64,000 nt of DNA from positions 12,462,001 through 12,526,000 of the forward strand of contig OZ004610.1 in NCBI GenBank assembly GCA_963924565.1, written 5' to 3'. A program made the position numbers and the translations under genes. The notes below the pieces were generated by a model. The model searched no databases. It was given only the letters and a program-made list of their open reading frames with translations, and was not told the origin of the DNA. Position 1 is the stretch's first letter. Every line of letters begins with the position of its first letter. Below, in pieces: positions 28,601 through 42,859 of the stretch. The stretch comes from Ascidiella aspersa (taxonomy: Eukaryota).

Positions 28601-31600
28601 AGTTCGGATCAAAATGGACTTTTTTTAAGCGGCAATTTCTAAGGAAGGCTAAACGCCATGATATTGGCTCGTAATTGCTTTTGCGACATGAATTTAATGG
28701 AAAGAGTAGCGGATCAGCAACTCATTTGTTTCACAACTTACCTAATCCAGAGGTCTGGCGAGTAAGTGTGCCACTCGATTGGATCATGTCGTCCGTCACT
28801 ACGTTAGGGTCAGGGGCGTTTACTTTGGCAGGGTTGGGCGAGGCCTCCGAATCTAACGATTGCTGAAAGTAATATTTCTCTTAAGAGTTAAGAAATTAGA
28901 CATGGATCAACAGTCAATGTCATGTTGCACAATGTAGAGTATTCTTCCTTGAAATCTCCCAAAGTGTTTAATATAGCGCGAATATTAAATCACCAAGAGA
29001 CAGCTAACTAAATATCTTACATGTATTAATACATTGAGTTACGATTAGCGTGCGTGGGTCTGTGCAACTATATAGCTATTGATAAAGTGGATTAATTTTG
29101 AACAAAATAAAGTTAAAAGCCATTTCACAAAAAAACAACTTGATGGTGAATTTAGATAAGTGTGGGGACCACTTACAGGTCTTGATGAGGATGAATTATC
29201 GAAGTTGGTGGGCGGAGTGATTGGAGTTTTAGGAATTTCGTCCGTCATATCATCGTCAAGTTGGTAACTGGCTCGCATTGGGGTGGCTTGGTACGAGTTC
29301 CGTTTGCCATCCGTGTTCGTCTCTGAGTTGAGGATACTTAAAAACATATAAGTTTTAAACGAGCGAAACGACTTTTAAATGTAAAAACGTTGCTTTTAAA
29401 AATTTGGAGGCTCACGGTAATTATGACAACCTAAAAGCATGACAATTTTTAGCAGATCTTGCAGCTTATTTTTTCCCGGTTTGTTACTATACTGGAGCGC
29501 AGCACTGCTTTAAATGAGATAAGGATGTTTTTTGTGCATTGACTTTGTGTTTATGTTTTCGTGTACGTTTATTCACATTTAGAGATTGTAACGTAATTTT
29601 TACGAATAAAACAGGGAAAAAAGGTGTTAACATGTAGCGTTCACAGTACACAGTTATATTAGTATAAAAACAGAAAAACAAGCATAAGGGAAATCAAATC
29701 AAGTATAGGTAACGGGCAAAAGTATTTCACCTGATAAGTTGGCGTTGTCCCTGTCTCAACTCGAGAAGGGCGTGGTCGAGTGCCACCATCAGTTGCCGGA
29801 TCGAGTCCATCAGTTCGCTGTTCCCTTCGACCCCGCGGAGGACCGCCATCAGACCGTGACCCTCCTTGCCCCTTGTCCGAAACGATGGGGCGGCAAGACA
29901 CGTGATGGCGTAATGGGTGTGGACCATGTTTGCTGTAAAGTTGGTTGACTTGGTAATAATGCTATTAGACTGTATGTTTGGTATGTAGTCAGACGTTAAA
30001 ATAATATATATATCCAGGTACACGTTGACGTTTAAATAAACGTTAAAAATGGGCTTCAATGTAGAAAAGAATATTTTTTTATTATTTGGTTACCATTCGG
30101 AAATTTCTGTTAGACCACGAGCAAAATTAAAAAAAATCAAAAATATACAATAAAAGCTAAGCGAATTTAACAATTCAAACGAACATTATAAAATTTAACA
30201 ATTTAAACAAGCTAATGAGCTGACTTAAAATGCAACTTAAGTTTTTGTACTATTTCGTGTCGACTCACCAACATCAGTGCTGGGCTGTGCTTCTTTTTTA
30301 TCTTGCAGACCAAAACCACGCAAGTTGTAGCTCTCTGACGCATGGCTCACCTAAAATGAAACAATAATTTAAAAACCGAAACACATTTCCACTTAAACCA
30401 CAACGATTGTCGATCAAAGCAGTCAATATTTAATCAGCCCCGTATTAGTTTTAAGTTTAGCAACACTATAAGTAAAAACTTTAACTTTAATCGCTTGCCT
30501 GTAAAAGATTAACGTGGCAATTGGTCGGACAGAAATCTTTGGCAGTCAGGCTCGATGGTCGTTCCCTTGACTCCTTGTATGAGGGCCACATGTAAGAGGC
30601 GAGGTGACGCTTGTACTAAAAGGACAGGTAAAGCCGTTATAAATCGAATAAAACTTCGGTAAGCAAAATTTCTTATGTGTTTTATTTGCTTTACAAAAGC
30701 TGTGTAACGGCCACTGTTATCGGTAGCGGACAAACGCTACCATTTGCTTTACGTAATGACTAACATTGTAAAGTCAAATGTTTGAAGAGAAACAAGCCAT
30801 GCTACCAAAGGATAATCAACTGTAAATGGTCCTGTCTTAATTATATAGTTGTCGGAGCAATTAAAGTTTACAAAAATTGCAAAGTTAAAATTTTGCGACA
30901 ATTAGAACCTTAATATCGGCTTTTAAGAGTGTAACGTTATAACTCACTCTTCGGTAGGATTCGAGTCGCTCCTGGATGACCTCATATCGCAAGGTCCTCC
31001 TCTTCTGAAACACCTCCTTCTTCGCGTCAGTGATGAAGTTAGACATTTGTTCGAGGGCTTGAACGTCGGCCAGTACCCGATCATCCTCCGCTATAAGGAC
31101 TTCAAGTAGCTAAAACGTAACATCGCACTTAAAAGCAATTAGCCTATACTGATTTTGCAGTTTTATATGTAATTTGCAATCAACCAAAAAATAAAAAAAT
31201 GTGTTTCGTCGCAATATTTCTCGTTTTCACAAAGCATAAGCCATGTAGTACTATGAGATTAAATGTTTGGGTAATTGTTGTCAAAAATCTATGTGGCTTT
31301 GTCGCACCTGTGCGGATAGGTCGAATATGGAAGGACATTCGGACATCTTTTCGACCACATGATTCCTAACTCCGTTGACGTTGTCGAAGCTGTAGGTACA
31401 CATTCGCTCCAGGTGGCGGTTGCCGACGACAAGCTAAGGAGAACAACAGTTCGTTTAAAGTTTTTAAGCCTATATTCAGACTAAACGCATAATCCAAGGA
31501 TAAGTCGAACTACTGGACATATACGGGTAGCCTAGCTATTTGTGTAGAAAGGTAAAAAACGTAATAGAATTCTACAAACCTGCAAACAGAAGGAGTCGGA

Positions 31601-34600
31601 TTTTGGAACAGATATCGCCGGCTGTTCTTGTTCTCTAGAAATGCATATGTTACTTAGAAGAAAAAATAATGAAGCGCGGTTAACACATACACAACCATAA
31701 GTTCGGCTTGAAGAGCGATGCAAATAAACAAGGCATAAGGTATTGTAGATCACAATTCATGATTATTAGCGTACTTTTTATCCTTCTGTCCCAGGCTGGT
31801 GTGGTTGATGCCGATGAGCATGGCCAGATTTTTCCTCCTGATACTTCTGTTCTTTTTCAAACCACTCGATGGCAGTGACAGGGAGTTGTTGCTTCCCTAA
31901 ACGAATATGATATAAAACATACATAAAATAGTATACCTATCTGGTTTAAACTAAAAAGACATATGATACTCAAAATACTGACCTACATTAAACTTTAGGT
32001 AGAAATAAACTTAAATGATTAAAGTGGAAAAAATGGTATAGGTCTTTCTTTTCAAAAAAGCAGATGTTTTGCCGAACATATTTGATATAATATATTCGTT
32101 ATTTAGACATTTTTAGCTACGTCTCAATTTTAGTTGTTTTTACTACCACCAACCGTTTTTTCGTCCTCTGAGGAGATCGAGGACTTCCTTCCGGTTTCCT
32201 CCTCTTCCACCTTCTCGACAATGACGGGAGTGGGAAGCTTGCATCCTTCGCGGATCGCTGCAGCTACGTCATCGTGTGATGTTTGCGTTAGGTCTTTCCC
32301 GTTTACCTGTTAATGGAGGCATCGGTATTTGATAGAAAAGGGCATATTAGGTTATTATTCATTGACGCGGAAATTACTAGAGTGTGCTTGAAAAAAAAAT
32401 CATAAAACGTTTACCTAGTAATTGGAAATTTCCTAATACTATATAGTCTTTAAGCCAAGCCATTGAGAAATGTAGTCTTGGCAAAACTGATATTTTAGTC
32501 AATATTCTTTTCAACCGTAATATATTTTTCTCTGTTACAACTTAATGGTAAATGCACAAATTGTAGAACCCTAACCTTTAAAATAGCGTGGCCTTTGACC
32601 AATCCTGCGTTCATTGCCATGCCACCTGTAGCCACCGCGTGGACCACACAAGGATTGGAACCGCGGATCTGGAATCCCATGCCTTCCTTTGTTACCGGTA
32701 TGGCCACCATTCTGAAAATAAGAAAACAGGGTGAATAACGATAATATAGATGTACTGAAGGAGCTGATTATTAAACCAACACCACGCCTTCTGGCCAACA
32801 TTATTAACCTTTACGGTATTAGAGATACACGCAGGTTTATAGAAGTAAATGTCTAATTATAGAGCTATACAGTATAGATTTGATGTTCATTCCATATTGC
32901 AGAGAACATAACCAAGCACAAGACTGCCAATACTTTTTAAATTATTTACCGCACAAAAAAGTAAATCTATTTTCGTAAATAGCGAAATGACTACTTATAA
33001 TTACTTGTATTTCCCTAGCCTAGTAAATGAAACAACGAGTGCCTGATAACCGCTCGACTTACAGGTCGTCCTCGGCGCGAACTGTCACGTGAATGAGCTT
33101 GTACTTTTCCAGGTTGAATTTAATGACGCTGTCCAGCTGCTCCTGCGAGTTGCAAGATGTCAGCAGGTCGTTGTTGATCTGCAGGATGTGTTGACCTGGT
33201 TGAAAACCTTGGACCTGATGGCAAAGCAACGACAAGTTTTATAATTGGTGACAACTCTTGTTCGTTGGCACTTTGGTTGAAACAACAGCTACATACAGTT
33301 TAATATTCACCTGTGCTTGCGACCCCCTGTCAATGGAGGTTATGATGATGGCTGCTTGTTGCTCAATGTACTTTGCTTCAAATCCTAGAAAATCGTCACC
33401 AGGAACGTTCAACTGAAAGCAAACCAATTGGCATGAATGTAATTTAATTCAAATCTTGGTACACAATATAATATGCAATAGCTTGAATGTCGAGATCTAA
33501 TAGTATAAACTTTATTACAGCAGACAAAAATTCACATTTTAACTTACTAAGAGAAGAGTCTTGGTTTTGTAACTCTCCTGGACCTTGAAGTCGTACTTTG
33601 TTGAAGGCTTTTTGACAAAGTCTCGGAGTTTGCTGCTTTCGGTCATTTCTTCATCCGGGAAGAACTTAAAGAGCGACGACTCGTCCTTGAAGTCCTGCTT
33701 GTCCAGAGCTAAAGATGACAACCAAATTTTTATCACGAAACTAACTCACAAGAAAGTTATATTAATTTACCTGCCGCAGATATAATTTATTTGCGTGTAC
33801 AAAAGTACATTTCAGTGTTGAATGGCAATTGGGGATAAAGCTAGTTTGCATTCGATTTTCAACGGGTTAAATGATAATATCCGATTGCCGGACAGTATTT
33901 TACCGACTTACCGTGATGCAATATTCCATTTTCGCACAAACTCTGTCCGAGGTTGCTGGCCTCTTCCCTGTTCTGACAGTCTCCCTGGTCTACCAGCCAG
34001 TCGATCAACTTCTTCGCCTCAACGACTTGTTTGTAACTTCGCAGCTGCCTCTCTTTGTCCCTGTAAACGAAACAGGAAAGTTAAACGACTTGGTCTTCGT
34101 ACCATCCTGTCAAAGTATGGCAAAACACTATTAAACTAAAATATTGAGCGGCGAAACACGAGGTATGGGTGTTTGGGCCTTAATAAAAGTTATGATTAAC
34201 TATATCGACGGAACGTTCGCAATGTTATCCATTCGTCGCTCATAATCCCAAACGTTTTAGCTTCGGTTGACTAAATCACGATTTTTAACAGGCGCCACAA
34301 AATACCCTGATCGATAAGCGACGGGTGGCACAATGACGTACGCCTTGGCCCTCAGTGTTTTACGTCAATAATAGCCTAGCGAGAAAATGAACGCACTTGA
34401 CGATCGGCTGGAAGAGGCAGTGGACGCGACAATAGATGCGCAAGCCTTTGGCGACGAGGTCCTGGCTTTCGCCGCGGTGCTTAAACGTTCCGTCGTCGTA
34501 GCGGAAGCGGAACAGGACGGCTTCATTTTTGAAGTGGTGTTTGTCTTGCACTGAAAAAAGAAAAGACATGATGATCGTGTTTACGTATCAACGCGAGAGG

Positions 34601-37600
34601 TGTTTCAATATTACTTTGTGTTTTGGGGTAGGGGAGCGCCCGACGAAAAAGATTGTTAAAAGTCATACTTACATAATCACATTAAATAGCTTTGCTTACC
34701 GTGGTGAATGATGCCACAGTCTAGCAAAGCCTGGCCGAGCATAATCGCTTCGTCCACGCTATTGGCTTCTTTGTTTTCGACCAGCCAGGTCACGAACTCG
34801 CTGAAAAGACAAAGGATTAACACGCACTACTCCCAGTCCCCAAGTAGATAACGACTGGATAAACTTTCAGGCCCTTTGACATTATAAAATACGTTTTAAA
34901 ACACGCGAGTTTGTACCAGGAAGCAAACAAGCCCTCGTTGGAAATAAAAATTGAGTTTTGCTTAAATTCGTTTACTCACTTTCCTAATAAGGCCTTTGGA
35001 TGCATTCGCATCTTCGACTTTCGGTCTTTGATAAGGCCTTGGTGGGTTGCCTTGTAGTAGAGTCTCCTGCCTTTACTGTGCATGACGTCGATCGTGTCAC
35101 GTTGGTCAATGCTCGATTTACCTAAAGAAGAAGAAACAATTTACGTTTTATAAAATGCAATGATTGGAATCTTTATAGAACCCGTATTGTTTAAGCACGG
35201 TTGTTTTTGAAAAGAAATTGATTCATAAGGTGGCATGAACACGAGTCTACTATGTTCGGTACTGTGGAAGTTGGTAATTCGCCTCTTGTAATGTAGTCTC
35301 TTGGTTTGGGTTCCGAATGAGTACGGTTATTCCGATAACGCTTGGTTTTATAGCTTGCGTTGAGTAATGGTCCTCGTGTATGACAGTTTCACGTTTATCG
35401 ACTAGCCAGACATTAATTCTAACATCAAAAGTTATCAAAAATGCGGGTTAGTTTAAACTTCTCGTGACCCACGTCTGTGCTACATGCGTCATAGTAGATC
35501 TATTATCGGGCAGCAGATAGGAAGAAGGGTGTGCACATCCTTAACAGCCATATTGCTGCTACGACTGCTAAAGTCAGGCACCGGCTTAGAATAAACCCCA
35601 TTTCGCCGAGTTGGGACTCTTGTGCCAAAATTGCGCTTGATAATAGCCGGAAGCAGTTTGTAGACAATTAAATCGCAAGTACACGTACTCGGGTCGTTAA
35701 ATCACGGAGTACACGACCTGGTAAAATTAAAAAGCAAGTGAAAAAACGGACTTCGTCATACTTTAAAAATAGCAACGTCGCAACACGCAAAATATCTAGT
35801 TATCAGGCGAGCTTAAATTGTTGTTGTGCGGTTGTCACCTTTATTGATATATCAAAGTATACAAAAACGCTTAATTTAATGAACGTAACGCAGACAGGTT
35901 GTAATATTTTACCATTCCATTTAATCAAATGGACAAGGAATACAAACTAGTAATAGGCGCTGCAGAAAAGGCCGATTGGCAATTTACTTCACACTCGTCA
36001 ACCAACCAATAAACAAACAAAAAAGACTACCCACAATTATGACTAAAAAAGTCATTGCGTGATTCAATCAACATTTCTCACTTTTCCTTCTTTCTCTCTC
36101 CTGGATGAATTCGTTGAGCCAGGACTCTTTCTCTTCTTTATCTTTGGCGAGCAGCACAAACCACTTGTTTTTGGCAGCGTTCAGTACTTTCCAAGCATTG
36201 TTGACTGTGTAACCGCCGCAGTGAAAATCGGCTGCAAAACGAAACAGATATCGAACGCGCGTTTATTTCTCCACATGTTTTATGACTGACGAGTGCTGCG
36301 CTCGTCATGTGACAAATCTTTAAATAGAGTCTTGTCGCCGGCGGGGTTGGTGCCAAAACGTTGGCTTGCCAATATTTCACACAACTATGATATGTAGAAC
36401 GAAGCAAAATGCCTAATTGCCGCAGGTGGGCGTAAAAACAATGTTTGTACACCTTTTGGGCATCCACAAATCTGGTAGAATAAACATGAGTGTTTGCTGT
36501 CTTTTTTCAGTTAAACTTAAGCCAGAAATGATGGCCTGCTAGACTAAGCTTGTTGTCAAAATTCGGTGAGGGTCATTGGCTATTCGAATAAACATAAAAT
36601 ATAGGAGTTTAGTTTCCCTCCACGCGCATAACCTGCAGGGCAATGATTTAAGTGCAGAGAGGCTAAACAAACTTTCATTTTGTGCTCTAACAGCTGCTGT
36701 CGTACAGCCAACTTAAAACAACGCAAATACACTTACAAGTTCCGTCTTCCAGGTTTTCGATCTCCATCAGCTCGGTTGAAATCCGACCTTTGAAGATCCA
36801 CTTCTTGGGATCCACCATTGACTTTTTCCTCTTTATCTTTTTGTTCCGCGGAAGAGTACCGGATTTGGTTGATTCTGTCGCTTGTAATCTGTAACAAGGC
36901 CATACTTTTTTCAACTAGCCCACAGCAAGAATGCATATCAGACAAACAACAATAAATTGCTTTGCGCATACATACCGATCGGTTGACATACATTTTTATC
37001 AAACTCCCCTACATATTCTTAAGGGACAGTTATGTTTGTATACCTTGGTAGTGTGTTCGACTTCTTGGCGTAGACCAGCAAGTGGTCGAAAAGGAAGAAC
37101 TGCCTTTCTTGTATATTCCCGACAGATATTTTCAGAAGGGATCCTTGCTTTATCATGCGTGTACAAGTGTCGGTTAAATCAGCACCCTGTAAAGTTAAAG
37201 TAAAGCAGTGCAAGTTAATCACGAATCATTACTCTTGATTTGAAGCAATAATGTATAAGGCATTGCCTTTGATAATTAGTTTTGTGTAATAAACGCATTA
37301 TTTTGGCGTGACTTCCATTTGTCGAGAAATGTAAACATTGTGTGATTCTACTTGACTCTGGTTTGGGTATACACAACTAAATTTTGTGGGTCGCTAAGTT
37401 TTCGAAAACTGTTAAGAGGGTCGCGCGTATAAAAATGTTAGGAACCATCATGTGTTATATCTTAATTGTTGTCCGATAGAGCTAAAAATATAGAGGAACG
37501 TACTACTTGTAAAAAGTTATACGTAACAACAGCACAACCCTAAGTTTTAAAAAGAAATAAAAACGAAGATAAATCTAACATTCCGCGATTAGATTTTTTT

Positions 37601-40600
37601 AGTTTTGTTCTATGAAACTTTTCTTGTCATACTTTTTAACCGTTGAGCTAACCCACATTAAGTATACATTCGTTATTGCACTACCAAACAAGACAAGTCC
37701 TTACCTCCCAGTTTGCGATGGTGGCTTGTAGGTCTTCCAGCTTCTCAAGTTGTTCCAGCTGCCTTTTGGTTTCGTTAACGTTGCTGCAGACGTCCTTCAT
37801 CAAATCTAGGGCAGCTTGCACGTCATCGTAGTCAGGGTGGTCGGCGGGAGTTTTCTTCATGAGTTCCTAACGGAGGTAAACTAATGTGTTAGAAGCCATT
37901 AGGTTACATCGAAGAAGCTGACATTTATTCTTTCGAGAAAATTAGTTAAATTGATAAAAATATCCACGTCTAACAATTTTAGGGCGTAAACAAGGCGAGT
38001 GGTTAAGGCCCAGGCCTAGACGAAATGAACCAAAACAATGTTAAAAAACATTAAGCAAAACTAAAAGTTCTATATTGGTCACGTTTTCATTATTGACGAT
38101 TCCAAAAATTGTTTTGTGAGCCGTTTTAATTATTATGAAAAAGGTGAAAAATACAACTTTAAAAAAATAACATTTCTAAAATCAACTTTTCAAGAAGTAA
38201 CTTTTAGCTTGGATGTTGCATAGGATAAAGCTGGCTAGTTTGACGGTGTACTTACCCTGAGAAGCAGCGGATATTTGCAAATTCTTTGAATCGGTGTTAA
38301 AAGAAAACCCTCCATCGATACGTCGTTGACGTAATTTCCCAACAACAAACATCCCTAAACATAATCACAAGCTCGTTAATAACGACTGAAAAGCATACCC
38401 GACCTTTTTTAAATAAAATCTTTAAGGTAGTACAACCACATTCGGAACAACTATGTCCTCTCGAAAAAGCTTTGGTACACTTTCCTTTTTAAAATCCAGG
38501 CAAAATTGTAACAAAATAGGAAAAAAAATACTGAAAAGTCACAGGAAAATAAGTTGCGTGCCGACAAAACATCTTTTTCAGTAATCATTTTACCACTTAT
38601 TGACGTGAGCCATTTTAATATAGCATTTCAAAGTAATTTATTAGGATAAAAGTTATGCTAACGAGCAGAATCTGAGAATAGCTCACCCAATAAAATGTTA
38701 GGGCTGACTTTTTGCATTTGGTTTCTAAATCACGCAATTTAGAAGGCGATTAGGGATTTGTAGGGCATTTTTGCGGGAATTCTTGAAAGGGTTCACTTTG
38801 AAAACACTTAATTTTCTAATCTTTGCTGTAATACTAGGCCGCAGTTCTTTACGGAAGTAATTTCTATCGGGAAGTGGCAGAAAATGACGTCATAATGTGC
38901 TGTGTGATGCTAGGCGTTGTGTGGTTTCCCCGCGCTTTCAAAGTTGATGCATTGTCACATCGTCACCTACATTCAAACGTAAGCATTTTGGTTTGTTGCT
39001 TTTTTCCGTCATGCGAACACCACGTTGGCGCAACCAACTGTTAGTTTCACAACATATTGACGCAACTACATCAGCTTGTACTGTGAATCACCTTGGAACC
39101 TCTCAGAAGGGTGTCTGCGATTCAGCGTGGTTTACATACAACTTGTCTGCGGCTTGAAACACCGGGCAATGAGCCAAATGTTTTCCTGGATCGACTCGAG
39201 TTCGCTTTTAACGCAGACAAATTTGGCTTCAATTTTTACGTTAGGTAAGTTTACATAATGCTTTGACAATTTTTATTGGGTTCAATGGGCGAAATTTCAT
39301 AATGACTAGAATGGAAGAAGATGGTGTGGATCTAAATGAAAGTCTTACGTAACACAAAGTTACCCTGTACGTTTAAGGCTTATGGAGTCAACTACTGATG
39401 TCCCGGGAGCCCTTATGTCTACATACGAACGAATAAATACCTCCTCAGAGATCTCAGCCAGGTGTAGTCACACCAAGTCTAAAAACTATGGTTCATCGAA
39501 GAACCAGTGGACTGCGGTAAAATGATACAAGCGTCGTTGAAAGCAACTTGTTGAAAACACGAATTCCAGAAGGCTTGCTTGTAATGGTGTTGCGATCTTA
39601 AACAACGCCGAGCAGACCAAAAGTAAAAGTTTACCTTTAAAATGTAGGCTTAAGCCAGCTGTTTCTGTCGTTCAACTCAACGACCTTATAATGTTACCAA
39701 TTATTTGAAACTTTTGGCTCCTTTGTTGAAGAATACATTTAGTTTGTCGAAAAACATGTGTAACTACCCAGATTTTGATACTTCACGTTTTCTCCATACC
39801 TCAGAAAGGCGCCATGTGCGCCTCCGTGAGAATACTGGGGCTTTAAAGTGTCACGGGGTACACAGGCCGACGATTTATGTCACTTACCAAAATAAATGCC
39901 TGGAACTCCTGATTTTCTGTTAACTCGTTAAGTTTTTTCTGTGCCCTTTCGTGGTTGGAGCAGTAGGGGGCGTAAACTTCGAAACGTTCTTTCTGTTAAT
40001 AAAATATTGGTTTGTTAGCCTTTGCTTAGTTTTATATTGCAGTGCTCCTTAACGGTTTCTAATGATATTGTTAAGCGGGTTTGCTCATTGGGAAGTTTCG
40101 GTTGCTTGGTATGAAAATCATCATATAAAAATGTGATATATGCAGAATTCATTCTGAAACGTGCTATTTATGCAGTATGTGTGCTCCAATATGCAAGGTT
40201 TGAACTTATCAAGCATATGAGTTAAAAGCATTACGCATAAACACATTTATTGTTGTTTGCTACAAAAATCACAGTTTTTCGACTATAAAGCGATATTTGA
40301 AAACAAAAGACGCATTATCGTGAAATGTAAATGTTGCGCTTAACATCAATCAAAAGATTCCATTCGGGGAAGAATTTCATCGGTTGACGTATCAGTTGGG
40401 CAAAAACAGGCGAAATGTAGCTATTTAGGGCGAAAGTTGGCTACTCGATGTAGACTTCTACGAAAGTACATCTTTTAGGGGCGTTTTGAAATAAACCATG
40501 TACAAGGGCTAAGAAAAACAATAAGCAAAGTCGTTAAAGGTCAACCGATCAGTGAACTACATTAAACCTTTTCGAGTTCAATGGATGTAAGTTTGATAGG

Positions 40601-42190
40601 CAAAGAAACGTTTGGCATTCGTGGTTTGGTCTTCAATGCGCAACCAATATGTCTCGTACACTACGTCGACGTACAGATTTCATACAAACAAATGCCTTTT
40701 ACGTAGGCAGGGCGTATTTCGCCATGCGGCACGTCAAGATGACTAAGCTGCTTCGCTCAAATGTACTGTTCAATGTTTGGTCCTTTAAAGCTTAAGAACG
40801 AAAGGAAGAGCATAGAATCTCACATGTATTCATGTTTTAAATGAGCATCTCAAAAGCCTCCATTATATAAACTATTCTACTAAAGTTACTTGTCGATGTT
40901 TTTTTTACCGATGTACCCATTGTTTATACAAATATGTAAAATAACAGCTTCGATCTCTAGTGTTTTACTTTTACAAAATATAGTGGAATACCAATTTACT
41001 ATTTAGGATTCACCACAGATAATTCGACAGGAGGACAGAAACGAATAAGCAATTAATTTATTTCGAACGCCTAAGGTAAGATTTTCCCATACCTGATATA
41101 GAATGACTGCTGGCAAGTTTTCAAACGAGAAATAATTGCATGTGGTTACCTAATGCCGAGTCGTATTTACCGCATACGTAATGACCGTTGTTATAGCAAA
41201 ACAGTAAAAACAGTTTGAGCTCGGAAAGTCCCCGTAAGTGAAGTATAATAACACGGATGTCATGATTGTTTTATATTTAAGTTCAAATAACGCAAAAAAT
41301 GTTGGCTTGGCTTTACAGCAAACACAATCTTACGTATTTTAGAAAGGCGTGTCCAATCTTTTGTTCATAAGCTGGAACTGGTCCCAATGCTTCTTCCACG
41401 GTCACCAACATTTCCTGATGGAACTAAAATCAGAAACCGCGTTAAAAACGTCTGTAAACTGTAACTCGCTATAATAAACAGTTTTACTTGATCCACCGTG
41501 TCAACAATTATGTTGTGAGGTTTTTAATTTGTTTTTACAAAAAAATTCAAACAAACAAGCACTTTTACATTAAAAAAATGCAATAAGACCTTGTGTTGAA
41601 CACATCGTAAGCTATTTTGAAGAACAGCTTAATCTTTAGAATCAATAAGGTTAAAATACTGGTAACTCTATACCTGATACAAATCTTCCACGTTGGATAA
41701 CAGAATCTGAACAGAACCTTTTGGAATAAGTTTATCATTGTCATCCTCTTCCCGGTTTTTCAAGCGCTCCATGAAAACCTGAAGTTCCATCGGATTAGGA
41801 TAATACAATCTTTAGGTTTTCTTAACCTGGTTAGCTAACGTTAACATATAACAAGATTTAAAATCCAATTTAGTTTAGTGCATCTTTGCAAACATTGAAA
41901 CAAATTAGCATAAAGAATAACCCAAGGACAAAAAGGACCTTATGGTTATCGCGTCGAGCTGCCCATCAAGGCTATGGCCAATAGAAAATTTAAAACCAAA
42001 AACATAAAAAGCGCGTGGGAAACATGGTGTTTTGATGAGTTAAAACAATCTGTAACTTTAAACAACAAATAACCTGGTTGCTTACCGAACATAAAAACTT
42101 TAGGGTCGACACATAGTCTTGTTCAGTCTTGAGAATTTCCTTGAGGACGTAAGTTCTCAGGCGCATGGTTTTCTCCATTCCCTCTGACAT
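22617..42190 (-). CDS. PREX: P-Rex family Rac GEF (DH-PH-DEP-DEP-PDZ-PDZ-IP4P-like), PREX1/PREX2 co-ortholog, ~43 exons
   Basis: Starts [33 protein letters not shown] (42086-42190). DH: [33 protein letters not shown]: [26 protein letters not shown] and [24 protein letters not shown]: [20 protein letters not shown]: [17 protein letters not shown]. Also [19 protein letters not shown], and C-terminus [16 protein letters not shown] (last exon 22617-22659). The junctions checked preserve frame; the central low-complexity exons were not all phase-checked. Confidence 0.93.
23037..23320. mobile_element. Degenerate hAT-type MITE in a P-Rex intron
   Basis: Left end cagtgtttttcaacc with gcggca motifs; right end eroded; a similar right end gcggcaccccggttgagaacccctg is at ~26800-26823. 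Confidence 0.45.
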
Positions 42191-42859
42191 CTTGATGTCT
42201 TTTAATGTTCAGGTTAAAAATATGATTGTCTTGGTTGACTGGTCGATAATTAATCCATTGCAATCATCAATCAAGATCGTTTAGGTCCTTGCTTTTTACA
42301 CAAGTATGCTCCAAGAATTAAAACAGCTAGATCAACGCAAAAACGTTTCCTATTTGATAAAAACACAATTGTATCAATCAGATTAAAAACCAATCATACT
42401 AATTGTAAATCGAATGGCCGGAAGTGACTTAAGCATGAATTATGTAGCGAATACTATTGTGACTTTTATCACAGTAAACATTTCCGTGAAATCTGAATGT
42501 TCACAACAAACCGCGACTCGACATTACAAATTGTTTGTGACAAAATTTGTCAAATTAAATTTACTTGATTTTACTATAAATTTACAACTATTGCTTGTTT
42601 AACATTATTCACCAACTTTTGTTACAGAAAGGCGCTAAGTTGAAATACTCATACGGCAAACAGTTAACCACAAAATTTAAAGTACACATTCTAACTCCTA
42701 GTTATTTTATATTATATCGAAAAAAGAATCAGTTTAGCTGTAAACTAAGAAACTGCCTACGCCCTTGACAAATCTAGATTTTACATTCGCGTCCGCTTCT
42801 AAATTAAATAAATATTTCGATAAAACCCAAGCACAGTATGAAACAACTCTCCAAGTGGG

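Noticed and set aside
38687-38717. Alternative coding first exon of P-Rex ([10 protein letters not shown])
   Set aside because: Its phase-1 donor does not fit the phase-0 downstream exon.
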